A stretch of 64,000 bases of DNA, from the NCBI RefSeq assembly GCF_040938485.1, contig NW_027271825.1:62001-126000 (forward strand). The letters run 5' to 3'. Each line of letters starts with the position of its first letter. Position 1 is the first letter of the stretch. Under the pieces are notes generated by a model. That model saw nothing but the letters and a program-made list of their open reading frames with translations, did not search any database and had not been told where the DNA came from. Position numbers and translations under genes: made by a program. Origin of the DNA: Diadema antillarum (Eukaryota). This document shows positions 23,930 through 36,480 of this stretch, in pieces.

Positions 23930-26240
23930 TTCATAACTCAGGGGTCGGAGTGGACGTAAATATATTTAGATCAGTCTGGGAGTTCGATGCTATACTTTTC
24001 CATTTACTTTTACAGCATACTTCTGTCAATGTGGATGCCACACAGGCCCGGAGAGTATTCAACGTAGGTATTACGATAGACTTGTACAGCTGAATAAATC
24101 CTTTCTCATCAAGGATAGAAAATGTACGGTTGGGGCTGATAATTTCAACTTTACGATTTGCTGTAGCACAGGTAGTGTCCTTGTGGTGGGTGAAATCTAA
24201 CCTCTTGTCAAAATTTTCTCCGAGATATATTACATATAGACTCATAGTAGCTGCAGGAATGCCGCTTTACAACATACAAGCACGGATTATTCCTTCTATA
24301 TCAACTTAACACTGTTCCTAATCAAAAGGAAGCTATCACTTTCTTTTTGACCATGCAATCAGTCTGATTAAATCAGCTTGCAGATTCCTTCTATTAACTT
24401 AACACCTTTCCTAATTAAAAGGAAGCTATCATGCACTTTCTTTTTGACCATGCAATCAGTCTGATTATTATGATCAGCTTGCAGATTCAGGGCATCATTA
24501 TTATCATATTACTTATCTGCTGATACAATTTAGTAGACCTAAGTCGTCCACAAAGGGCTTTCACATCTAATATTCCACTGGGAAGGTCAACATATACGCA
24601 CAACAGAAGTTAACATGTGCCCAGTACACTATAAACTTGGGGAACTCCGCTGGTAACTTTTGATTGTAAAGATGAAACACCATGATTGACGACCATTTTG
24701 TTGTGTTCTGTGACTATATATAGTTCAAGAGATTTCCTGTGATCTCATAAACCGATAAACTTCTACTTTCTTGATCAATGATCGCGCGTGGGGTACACAT
24801 TATATCAAATACATTATGTTATAGTCTAGACATGTATATACAATCAACATTTTCACCATTATCTGGTACTTTTGTCCATAAATGTTTCAGATACAGTTAT
24901 AACGGGCACGTGTAGCATCTTCCTTTCCTCAAAACATAATTGCTCGTCTAAAAACAACAAATTTGAGTCCATTAATAGAACAGCATGGCTTATAATCTTA
25001 TTTCTGGATGATAACACATATCAACTTACATTATAGTCAGACAGCTAGTGCTGTTTGGTTCCTTTCTTCAATTATCTCCTCTCTCTGACGGCGTTCTCCC
25101 TAATGCATAAATTCGATTTACATCGGTACGTCAGGACCGCGCATAAGTGATTTTGTCTGATCCAGTTTCATATAATGACTTCTTTAACAAGTTGTTCAGT
25201 AAACTTGACTATAAGCTATTTGTTTGTGCACCATGGATCCTGGATTCTAAAACTAAGAACACTAAATATGTCTACATTCGTAATAACAGAAGCAAAAAGA
25301 GAAATGTAAAAAGTGTCCTATACTGTTTTATTTGATTTGATTTGATTTATTTCTGCATTCAATCAAATGCAAATTGAATACAAATTTCAAAAGCACAAAG
25401 ACAAAGAATTATAAGTGAAGTGATATAAAACGATAATAAACATAACACAAAATAGATACACATATACAAGCAGTTGCAATGAACAATACATGTATACAAA
25501 AACATAAAATAAGATATATAGTATTTTTAAAGTAAAATAACAGAGATAATCGCATGCAGGAAACCGCAATCGCAAGCGATTCAGCTCACGACGGCGGTGT
25601 CTGCCTTTTCTGCTATTCCTCTGTTTAGGTTTCTCCCCAACTCCCAAAATTGATTCAAATTTGGCTGTACTTTCACATACCTCCAAAAACACTTTCGGTT
25701 ACAACTCTATAATTTTAGATTTCAGTTTACATTCAAAATTCCTTTTTGCTTCAGATACTAATCTATAAAATTGCTTCATTACTTATTGCTTTTCTTGAGC
25801 CGCTTTTTGTCCTGTATAATGACTTCTGGACGTTTGATAACGATTCCTCTCCCCCCCTCTCTCTGTTTGTTAAAAGCACAATCCTCATCTCTACCAATAC
25901 AATACTATCCCTTTAAAAACCTCGTGTGCGAAATCGCTTATATGATATCTGCCCCTTGTACAGAAAGTTCTCCCGATCAATATGCCTATTTGGTAACTTA
26001 AAATCCGCTTGACTCAAGGTAAGCAAACTCTTATATGCGACTTCTCTACTTCTTGAAAAAAAAAATGTATAGAAGAGCTGTATTATAGCCATTTGGGCTT
26101 CTGTAAATACAACCAAACAGTAACTCTTCATGGTCATGCATACACAGAACTCCACACACTTTCTTTGAAATAAGAAAACACGTTTCCATTGAAGATTCTT
26201 TCTGCAATAAAGTTACATCTATATACGACACTTGGCAGGC
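23930..26240 (-). mobile_element. Decayed CR1/L2-clade LINE (endonuclease and RT remnants)
   Basis: Minus-strand fragments in the expected order: LLFGCIYRSP (APE, ~26100), VTSGVPQ..SVLG (~24620-24657), LQADLIRLIAWS (~24350-24380, duplicated) and YLGENFDKRLDF...ANRK...RTFS.LD..F..LYKS.V.P (~24050-24230). Confidence 0.75.
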
Positions 26241-27854
26241 AAAAACAATTTTTCACTTTCATGCAGTTTTAATTAACGCTTTCATCCATGATCAATCTAT
26301 ATGCATGGGGCTTATCTCTATATTCTATGCATAAGTTCAAGATAATATACATCAAGTGAATTTACTATATAGATAGAATTTCTTCTCTTTTATTTGCCTG
26401 ATAATATTACCTCAAGGTCAATCACTAGTTTCCAGTCATCTTTTCACATTTATCACCACTTTCGGGGAATACGGACCATGGACACTCAGGCTGGGGACAC
26501 GCAGCCCCCCTTTTTTTCCGTGCCAAAAATATATTTTCTTTGCCCAATTACTTGAACCAGCAGCATTGACATGCGGTTGTTATTAGGGTAAGTGTGTGAT
26601 CTGTGATTTGGTGCATGATACTGTTATTCAGACAAATCAATCTCATAGACTATCTCCTCGTTATACGTAAGGACTTTATTGTTTATTTCTGAAATTTTAT
26701 ATGACAGCGGCATTTTCTTGCTGCAAAAATGAAGAACAAAATCAAGCTGGTAGCACATGTTTGCGTTCAAAACCCCTCGCCCCAGTCTTGCACCAATGCA
26801 TCAACACATCGACAGTAATTATGTTATGATCTATTTTTGTATCAGGGCTATAAAGATAAAGCTGAGTTTACTCGGAGTCTCGATAATACCCAGGCCCGTA
26901 CATTCAATGGATGTACATTTTCACCTGTCACAAGCTTGTAAACATCCCAGTCAACACAGATCAAACAGACGGCTTGCCGCCCTACAGCCAATCACGTTCG
27001 AGGGATTCGATATTTGCATACATAGTAAACAAGATTACAATAGCCATTCATATCATGGCGTCCCTTCCCGTGCCGAGGTTGCAGATAGCTGATAGGTGAG
27101 GAAAAACAACTCCCCAGTTTACGATTTAATCTCCGTTAAGCCACCCAACAGGATTCATTAGGTGAGTGTAACGATGTGACAGTAATATGTGAAGGTGAAT
27201 AGCTAAATTTAATGTTATTTAGCTGGGGATTCGTGATGTTATAGAACACTTTGATGTTATTTTGATCCAGGTCATTCATTCCCTGGACTTGGCTGTGGAT
27301 CAGCTGGCTGTGTGTGGGCAGGCCGTACACAGATGATCGCCTGTACTGAGTCTGTAGTGTGCATACACATAGCATTGCGTGTTTGTGTCTGTGGTGTGGG
27401 TGTACGTGAGCAAGAGCTGAGGTGCGATTGCAATGCCATCGACATCTGTGTGTACTGCACTCGTTAGAGGGATTACTTTCGTCCCAATAAACCCCAATGA
27501 TTTACATAGCTTAATATAGCAGTATAATGAAGCACTGATGATTGAGTAGTAATGCATAAAATTAATTGAGAACAACATTTTATAGAATGCTACACCCAAA
27601 ATGTAATCAATTTTAATATCATTTCTACTGGCTGCTCCAATCAGTTTCATTTGACGTAAATCCATCATATCCTTATCATACATACAATTAAAGACAAAAA
27701 TCAATCTACAGTGTAGGTCTACAGCTCTTCAGTAAAGCGAGTAACTTAAAGGTGTAGGCATATACAGATTTAGACAACGACCCAACTTTGGCATGCATTT
27801 CAATATTGATAGCTCAGATGTATAAGCGCATGTATGATGTACCAGGGCCTGCAG

Positions 27855-27947
27855 TTGACCGAAAGATCGGTCTGTATCTGGTCGTCGGGGAATGTTCCAT
27901 GGAGACTGCGTCTGGCTTCACGGATCCCCTCTGAAGGAGAGCGATAG
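27855..27947 (+). promoter_or_regulatory. Candidate non-coding first exon of HBP1; a second candidate ends at ~27095 (gatag|gtgagg)
   Basis: GC-rich block ending in gatag|gtaacg upstream of the acceptor at 29162; CCAAT and GTAAACA motifs near 26990-27030. Confidence 0.35.
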
Positions 27948-29183
27948 GTAACGTCAAAAAAAATAAAAGACTCCTCCAGACAGACAGATCTATCTGTCTA
28001 GGCCTGCAGTATACAACTTTATTACAAGCCAACCCAAGTTGAATGAAATGGCATAGCTGTTCATTATAGACTATCCTCCGTCGTCCATCTCTGAGTGATG
28101 ATGCAATGCCGTGCAGTGATGTCAGATCCTGAACCATAGCCAATGTCCATCTCCTGTGCTGATGTTAGAGAGCCAAAACTAAAATAATAGCCAATTTACT
28201 CCTAAATATTGATGAACTATGTACTGTAAAAGTGAAATTTTCGCAGTGTTGAAATTTTCATGCATTTCACGCAACCATACTTACAAATTGTAACGAGCGC
28301 AAGAATAAAAGCATGTGAATATTTTTGCTTGCCTTATGTGTATGTTCCAGTAGTTGATGTCATGATTCTTTGGAATTTAAAACACGCGAAACTCTTCTTA
28401 CCATGCCGAATGCGAAAATTTTGTTGAGCAAAAATATCCACATTTACAGTTGTGCTTAAATAGGATGTAGGGCATGGATACATGCTTTTATCTGTTCTAT
28501 TCTCTATTATGTCATGAAAGATGCACTTCATTTGAATGTATTGCTTGATACAGATATGTCTCAATTTAAACTTGAAACACAATGTATTACCCCTTTTCAA
28601 TGTTTCTTTGTTCTATAGTATTGTCTTGTAAAATTCAGTGTAAAAAATATATCATTTAGATCCTAGGTCAATCATGACATGTAGACCTATTGTCACAGGA
28701 GTTTTAAGTTGTGTTGATAACCTTTACTGCATGGATATGTAAGGTTTAATTGATACTAAATGCAGACATTGCAATATGTATTTGTACTCTACACTGTAGG
28801 TGCATTCAATTCCAGAATTTGTTTATTTGAGTTTCTTTTTTTTTCTTTTTTCTTTTTTACTTTGATTCCATCAAGTTGATTAATGTAAAGTGCATACAAT
28901 GTACATTGTACAAATATACACTGTACATGTCTCATGATGTGAACTGAACAGTACAAATATAATCCATCATGTACACCGTACATTGTGTACATGGATTAAC
29001 AAAAGTGGAACTGTGAAGAAACATACTTTGTGTCAACATTATGTCATGGCATGACATTGTTAACTACACTGTAGCATGAGCATGTATCTTAGTGCAGACT
29101 GATTGGACATTTGAATAGTAGAAATTTTAATTGACTCATTTTGTGATGATTATTACACACAGAGATCGCCTGACTAAAACAGG

Positions 29184-29247
29184 ATGATGGATGACAAGGA
29201 GTTGATTTCACACCCCCAGCTTCCCTCACTGGATCACAATGCAAATG
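29184..29247 (+). CDS. HBP1: HBP1 coding exon 1 (MMDDKELISHPQLPSLDHNAN)
   Basis: Acceptor at 29162, in-frame TAA upstream of the ATG, G|gtaggc donor giving the phase 1 required by the next exon. No recognisable homology in this short part. Confidence 0.65.
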
Positions 29248-29737
29248 GTAGGCCATTGTACTCATTGCAATGTGGTGGTAATAATTGTAATGACTTTTAC
29301 TAATGTTCTAAACAAATGAAACTTCTAAAATTGCAGAGAAGGGTAATTCTCATGAATTGCATATACACTGATAATCTCTAAATTGAAAGTGTTTGTTAAC
29401 CTAAGTGTACAATCTTCTCATTTTGTCAATTTTATAGGCATTAAGTTTGAGTGTGTTAGGATTGATTTGATGTTTCTTGAAATAACAAACATGCACATAC
29501 ACTGTATACATGGAGAGGAATGTATGTAAAGGGGATGGCTAGTACTGATCAGTGGGAATGCTGGGGATGATTGTTCCAATCCTTGTGGGATTCATTTAAG
29601 AGTACATTATATATTTATTGTTGTGTGAAAATTATTTGCTTCAGAATGGTCTCATATTCAAGTAATGTGCAGTTCAATGTTTCCAGGTTAGAATGCCTGT
29701 ACAGTGTCGGGGTGATCGTTAACGATCGCCCCTTTAA

Positions 29738-30210
29738 AGGCACTCAATCGTGGCGAGTGGTTTGTGCGGCACGGAGACGAACGCAACACGCTGCCTCCCC
29801 CATTCTGTATCAAATGTAGTGACCCCGAATGAGAATAGCGCTGGCTCAATGGGTCAGCGAACAACACGCTAACCTACAAGAGCTCAATGCTACAAATCTC
29901 CTAACCCAAAATGGCTGTCCGAGCGAGCCACAAGAGCTTCCGAATGGACGCACACTCTCAGTGCGCATGCGCATGAAGAGAGGCCAAAAGAGCCACGCGT
30001 CTTCTGGCCTCTCTCCTCCAATCACTGCAGCTCGCGGTGACAATGTTTGTGTATGATGCGTACACACACACGCACACACACACGTGTCTCAGTGGCAGCA
30101 TTGTCCCACACGTTTATGGATATAGCACCGAGTCTGGCATTGCGCAATTGCATGCACAAACTTCGGTCGTTCGGAGTTTACGTACCATAAGGGATGGCGA
30201 TCGGCTGCCT
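29738..30210. mobile_element. TTAA-flanked (Kolobok-type) MITE in an HBP1 intron
   Basis: TTAA|AGGCACTCAATCG ... CGATCGGCTGCCT|TTAA imperfect TIR. Confidence 0.6.
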
Positions 30211-30541
30211 TTAAACCATTGTGCAAAATGAAGATATGACACGTGTGCATAGTGTAATGTACTGTATGTACAATGTATAATTTCTAACAAACTGTGTATA
30301 GACTTACAATGTAAGTCTCATATAGCTTCTTCTTGAAATCCCTTTGTAATATGAATGATAACAATTTACTAGTTTTATGTCATGTATTAATAATTACAAT
30401 GTATTACTCTGATAGTTTGAAAATTGTTACCATCACTGCAATTGCCACTGCTATCTCCGTGATTTCTCATTAGGCCTACTATAATATAATAATTATGTCT
30501 AAGAGTATCTGTACACCTCTTCATGCATTTGTGCTATTCAG

Positions 30542-30809
30542 AGCCAAGCCCATCCCAGTGTCATGAAAGTAAGAGTAAAAGCATCCTGGCTAGTTCCAGT
30601 GGAGGTGAAACCACCATCACTGGCTCATCTGTGGACCAGTGTGATGGAGGCGGAGGGCAGCACTCCACCCTTGACTGGCTTACAGAGTTGGCCATCATTG
30701 CTACCGGTCCTCAGAGCCCACTGATGGAGTCCAGAAGGAGTGGATCCACCAGTGGCAAACAGAGACAAAGGCATCACTCAGAGGGGAGTGTCCTCCACAA
30801 GCAAACCAG
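30542..30809 (+). CDS. HBP1: HBP1 coding exon 2 (...LDWLTELAIIATGPQSPLME...)
   Basis: Matches human HBP1 VDWLTELANIATSPQSPLMQ; cag acceptor, AG|gtcaga donor. Confidence 0.92.
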
Positions 30810-32057
30810 GTCAGAGTGGTGATAATTGTACCATTATCATGTAATATTTCATATTAATATTTCTTTTTTTTTTAATACATTATTGCAATGTGATACTGAC
30901 ATTATGATAAAATTGCAACAAATGTTTGTAGTTACAATGTATATAAATTTCATTCATCCTTATATTTTGGGGGGTTTTTTTTGTGTCGATTACATGTAAA
31001 ACCAGTAATGCATCAACAAATGGTGAAAGCAAGAACCCGTGCAGTATCAGTTTGCTGAGTGAGGATAGGAATTGCGCACAAGTTTGCAACAAAAAAAAAA
31101 AGAAGATGGTCTCAGTTTCATATTTCAAGACTGATGTTAATCTTAAGATTGATGCAATTCAAAAAAGTTTTCCTCGATCTGCTGAAAACCTTGTGGTTGA
31201 AATCGTGCATTATGACACAGATTTATGATCAATATTGTTGGATTCACTGTGTTATGCTTGATAAATTGAATGTAAGACCAATCATAAATCTTAAGGAAAT
31301 TGGCCTCAGGTGTTGTGTCAGCACAATTGAAGAGCTTGGGTGTGGATACTAGTAACATCAACTTTTTTGTGTATATTCAATTTTATAAAAATTCCATCTG
31401 TGCTCTGAATCAATAACAAGTGCAATGCCATCAGACAGAAGTGTAAGATCTTGAAACCAATATTCCTCTCAAAAATGACAAAAGCATGTGTATACATGTA
31501 CTTTGATCATTTTTTAAAATAAAATTTATTTACACCTTACAAGAGGGTGTAGGCTGAATATTATTGATTTCATAGCCAGGGTGAGAAAAACCTCACTAAA
31601 CTCTGATCAATATCACATGTGACTTTGCTTTGTTTTGTGAAGTTGTTTTTCTTTTTACCTGTTGTGATTCTGTATCTGTATTTCTAGATTTATTTTGCAT
31701 AGTATTACATGTATGTGTGTGTATTTGTGTGTAATACCTAGTGTGACAAGATATTTCTTGATTTAGTCTGGTTTCCAGACCCTTTGTCTTGTGTAGCCCT
31801 TCCACAAAATGCATCCTCTGTGGTGACTCACTGCCTTTGCCAAAGGAGCAGGCAGCTCACCAAGTATACTTCTCTCATTATTAGAGAGCATTGATATTCT
31901 CGGAAGCAAAGTAGTACGCTGTATGTAGATGGTCTGGAAGCAAGACTTGTCCTGTTAAGATGCACAATCTTGCAAAGCTTGAATGTGTGTGATGTGATAA
32001 GTGCATGTACATGTACATGTACATTCTAATTGTTGTGCATCTACTTTTGTGTGTCAG

Positions 32058-32335
32058 ACTGTCAGCAGCAGTGAACTCCCTGAACCGTGCTATCCATACC
32101 TACGCCAAGCCTCCACGAAGGACCCCATCTCCCCCACCTCTCATCTCCTCCTCCTCCAATGCTCATCCTCAGGAGGAGGATGACATCATCGATCCCATCG
32201 GCTCCTGGGCACCTGAAAGTGATGCCAGGATCACGTCCTCCTCACCATTTCCAGCGTCGCCAAAAGAGGCGGAGTCAGCGGGAGGCACTTGGTCACACCC
32301 TTGGCCCACGGCTGTGTGGAAGTGCTTCCTCAAAG
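32058..32335 (+). CDS. HBP1: HBP1 coding exon 3 (AIHTYAKPP...WPTAVWKCFLKG, AXH start)
   Basis: Matches human SLHSYARPP and WPSTVWHCFLKG; phases consistent. Confidence 0.93.
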
Positions 32336-32726
32336 GTAACCCTGAATATTCAACCCTACATTCCAATCTCATTCCTGTTCCATTTCATATTTCATATATC
32401 ACATGTATATGATTGCATCAGCTCTGGTTCAGTTTTTACTCATTTGCAGGATGACCTACCTTTTACAATTATGCAGAATTTGAATAAGTCACTACATACA
32501 AATACGGGTAGATGATTTTTTATATCAATTCATTTCCATGGTGGGACCAGTATAAAAGTATCGACAATTGTTTACAACATGCCTCATGCAGTCATCTTAG
32601 GCTAGTTTTAGCCACAGGGTGGATTTGTATTTTTCCTCTACACCTTGAGTTATGGAATGTGAGAAGGTGATAGTTTATCTGTTGTATAAGCCTGTGACGA
32701 GATGACACATTGTGAATTCCTATTAG

Positions 32727-33047
32727 GGAACCTGATACGTTTCACCTCTGGTCCCCGTACCGAGTGGCGACTGGCCGAAGAGATTGGAAGCACCGAATTT
32801 CTGGCAGCTCAAGCCAATCTCCAGCAAGATGTCAACGGGCGTGGTCAGTCACCCAAGGCAGGTTTTGCCCCTCTTGGCTTGAGGTTGGTCAAGATTGAGG
32901 ACCTCAAGCCCAGTGACCCCAAGCCAGCCAGGACAAACAGCGAGTCATATGATCAGATGAAGTTAACCTTTAACCCTGATGTGACGAATCAGCCATGCTT
33001 GGAAGCAATCTGTTCCACAGACCATCCCTTCTTTGTCAGAGACAAAG
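32727..33047 (+). CDS. HBP1: HBP1 coding exon 4 (AXH domain, ...KLTFNPD...DHPFFVRDKG)
   Basis: Matches human KLTFDPG...DHPFYVKNKG; G|gtatga donor. Confidence 0.93.
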
Positions 33048-33100
33048 GTATGACATTCCTGTGTTTCATTTGTAATGCTGTATAATTGCTATAGTCGCTA

Positions 33101-33446
33101 CCACGACTAGCCGGTCGGAGTAAATTGCCTGTGCGAACAAGCCCTGGAGTATCTATGACCTTACAAACCTTATACGACCTAGGTAAAACTTCCGGAGTCA
33201 AATGCGAGTGCACGTGCGCGTACAGTACAATTCTAACCTAGTCGATCGTGACGGAGAAACTAGCGCTCAGAAATTCTCATCAACAAGAATGGAGAAGATA
33301 AATGCCGCTCGTAAAAAAACAATGGTATGGTCGACGTGCGCGGCGCTACCACTTCCAGAAGTTACAACGACCCTCCACGGTGATCCCCACGAAGGTCATG
33401 GTAAATTGGTCAGAGTTTCTTCCCGTCTGTGGACACAGGGTCGTGG
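33101..33446. mobile_element. TA-flanked MITE-like element with internal inverted repeats
   Basis: TA|CCACGAC ... GTCGTGG|TA, plus inner atgacctt/aaggtcat arms; a GC-rich insert in an AT-rich intron. Confidence 0.5.
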
Positions 33447-33891
33447 TAAGATAAGCATAAATTTTCATTCTAATTGCTGCGCGATAAAATTTTATTCCGA
33501 CTACAAATACATCTGAACATGGCTATAAACAGGCTGAATTCTGTGTCATTCTCCAATTTGTGTGATCCTGAAAGCATTCTAGCTACCATGCAACGATCAA
33601 ATCACAAACCACGAAACAGTAACAATTGGCTTTTTAATGAAGCATTTCTTTTTCTTGCTTTCTGCTGTTACCACTGCACTTCTAGTGTATTAGATGTGGA
33701 CTTATGCATACAAACAAAGAAAATCTTGGTTTTATTTAGCGGTTTATGAGTAAATTCATCTGAAGTCACCACACAGTCAGTGAAAATGAAACATAATTTA
33801 TTGTGAGGTTCATTGATGTATCACTGCTATCCAAAAGAGGCATGTTGAATGAGTCTTATGTACAATCAATCAAATACTGCCTTCTCTACAG

Positions 33892-34036
33892 GTTGGTCAT
33901 CATATATTCCTTGCCAAACTGTGGTGCGATATGGAATCCCATGCTCTGAGCTAGAGAGTGGTGATGTGTGCCTGCCTCCATCTCATCCTGATGCCATCAG
34001 CTTCAAGGAGTCAGAAGTCCTTGAAAGCTTCAAGAG
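33892..34036 (+). CDS. HBP1: HBP1 coding exon 5 (GWSSYIPCQTVVRYGIPCSELESGDVCLPPSHPDAISF...)
   Basis: Matches human GWSSFYPSLTVVQHGIPCCEVHIGDVCLPPGHPDAINF. Confidence 0.95.
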
Positions 34037-34186
34037 GTGAGTGCTACAAAAGTGTAAAACCTAACTGAGCAGACATTTGCATGACAACAACATCTCTCTA
34101 GGCCCTTAGGTTTTTGTAAGCCTCAAAAAGGCCATGTGCAGCCAAAGCTGTACAGTGCACGCTTTTCACCACTACTTAGGCACATA

Positions 34187-35425
34187 CAGTGCACTCCCGT
34201 TTTAACGAAATGCTCGGGACCGGCAGTTTTCTTTTGTTATAACGAAATTTCGTTATAACGAAATTTCGTTATAACCGAACAAATACATTATACAGCTGTA
34301 TAACGAAAACAAGGAAACCACGTATATATATATATCATATGTATTCTGTTTGCTGAATACTCATCAGACACCGGAAAGCTATGTGAAATGTGATGGGATA
34401 ACTGTATTACAATAATATACGCAAGTTCCCCTCAGAAACTGAGGAAACACAAGGAGCGAACACACAGTGGTGAGAAGCGTTCACCCATGCAGAGACGCTA
34501 ATTATAAGCTTGTTCCGCTACTTATTTTCGAAAGCAATTCGCATTTCGTTATAACGGAGCACATTTCTTTTGTTTTTCTTTGTCTGTGGCACTCGGAAAA
34601 GACTTCGTTATAACGGAAATTTCGCTATAACCGTGTTCGTTATAAGCGAATTTTGTACCATAGACTTTCATGGTGATAATTTTGGGACCAGAAGATTTAC
34701 TTCGTTATAACGAAATTTCGTTATTATACAAATGATGCACAGGATACGAAATAATCCTGTGCATCATTTGTTTTATAAAATGGGACGAAAATTCGAAAAC
34801 TAACAGCATTTTTCAGCGTTTTTCACATACCTTTGTGGGTCAAGACGTCCGAAGATGTTCGTCCCAAACATTTACGCACGTCGCACTCGGAACTCCCGCA
34901 CATATAATTATGATGGGGGGTTGGGTTTCCGGACACTTAAGTTCCCGCATGAAAACTTACTTATTTTACATAGAATATGCACCCTTTACCTTAAAGACTT
35001 GATATAGACTCCTCATATAGGCCTACTAGACAACATACTCTGAAAACGGCGTGAGAATTAACCTGCTAAATCGTCATTTGCCCTTCAAAGTGACTCCATG
35101 TACGCGTCCGGTCCCACAACGCTTGGTCTACTGTACACTGTACGTATGATACGTACGCCACACATGTTATGTATGCACGAGGGAAGAAAGGCCGGCCGGC
35201 CGGCAGCCCGAACTACACTGTAGAAGTTGTTTACAGGATTGACAGCGCGTATGCATGCAATTCAAAGGAGCCGCCGTGCGCACAGACGATCGGCAATAGG
35301 ATTTAACACGCAGTGCAATGGGACTGAGTAACCAAAGCACATGTGACTCATTTCAGCGCTTCCTATTGGCTACATTCTTGAACCCATTTTATAAAAACCG
35401 TGTTCATTGTAACGGGAGTGCACTG
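34187..35425. mobile_element. pogo/Tigger-type (Tc1/mariner) MITE carrying a nested insertion at ~34723-35397
   Basis: TA|CAGTGCACTCCCGTT ... AACGGGAGTGCACTG|TA with repeated TTCGTTATAAC subterminal motifs. The interrupted TTCGTTAT...AACCG motif brackets a copy of the 147-1324 repeat. Confidence 0.85.
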
Positions 35426-35496
35426 TATATATTTTTTTCTTTTCAATTTCAAGCTATTTAATGTTTCTTGTACATCTTTAAAATTTGTGTTTCCAG

Positions 35497-35802
35497 CCTA
35501 GACTTTACTCCCCTGGACTCGTCTGCAGTTCTGGCCTTGAGCAGCATGGCCAAACACCGCAAGGACTTTGAGAAGAGCCCCACCCGCCCCATCATCTCAT
35601 CCTCCTCCCACACCTCCCTGCCCCCATTCATCTTGTCACCCTCGGGGGGCAGTGCCAGCGCCCCCTCCTCCCCCTCAAAGGGAATGAAGAAACTGCAGCT
35701 GGGTGATCAAGGCAAGGGGAAGAGACCCATGAATGCTTTCATGCTGTTTGCCAAGAAGTTCAGACTTGAGTACACTCAGCTGTACCCTGACAAGGATAAC
35801 AG
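35497..35802 (+). CDS. HBP1: HBP1 coding exon 6 (Sin3-interaction domain + HMG box start, KRPMNAFMLFAKKFRLEYTQLYPDKDN)
   Basis: (S)LDFTPLDSSAVLALSSMA matches human SYDFTPMDSSAVYVLSSMA; HMG box nearly identical to HBP1. Confidence 0.96.
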
Positions 35803-36305
35803 GTACTTACTGCCAACTTAGATCATTCCTGACTTTTCTCAAGCTCATCTGACATCAGAATCTTATTCATACTTAACTTTATTCATTCACCATGTCTCAT
35901 CTTACATGAAAGACAGCTTAGTGTAAAAATTTTCTCAAAGACAGAGGAGGGCAGACTTTCAATTATCTATCTTTTCATCTGAACACTGAACGACACATCA
36001 TATTTAACATCTGAAGTGGTGTTATGCAAAATTTGTGATACTTATTGATACTTATGATAGGTAAATATTGGACAGTCTCAAAACAACAATGATCCTGAGC
36101 ATCATTTGATTTATTTTGCTGAGAATCTGTGAATAAATGAGTGAATGATTTACAAATGTACAAGGATGTGTTGTTCCATACACAGATATTTCAGCATGAT
36201 CATGGATGACACTATGTAACACACAGGGCTCTATCAGTTATGCTGTGAATGAATGAACTGGTGAATGAATGACATCAATTATGTATCATGTTTGTCTTTA
36301 CACAG

Positions 36306-36480
36306 AGCCATCAGCGTTATTCTTGGCAACAAGTGGAAGAAGATGAAGTTGGAGGAGAGACGTGTCTTCTCTCAGGAGGCCAAGCAGCTGGCAGAGGAAC
36401 ACAAGAAAATCCACCCAGACTGCTGGAAGAGAAAGCGGGCACACTCAACCAGCTCGGTGGTAAACCTCACTCTCCTATGA
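36306..36480 (+). CDS. HBP1: HBP1 coding exon 7 (HMG box end, (R)AISVILGNKWKKMKLEERRVFSQEAKQLAEEHKKIHPDCWKRKR..., stop)
   Basis: Matches human RAISVILGDRWKKMK...PDCWKRKR. Spliced CDS is 1557 nt = 518 aa + stop. Confidence 0.95.
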
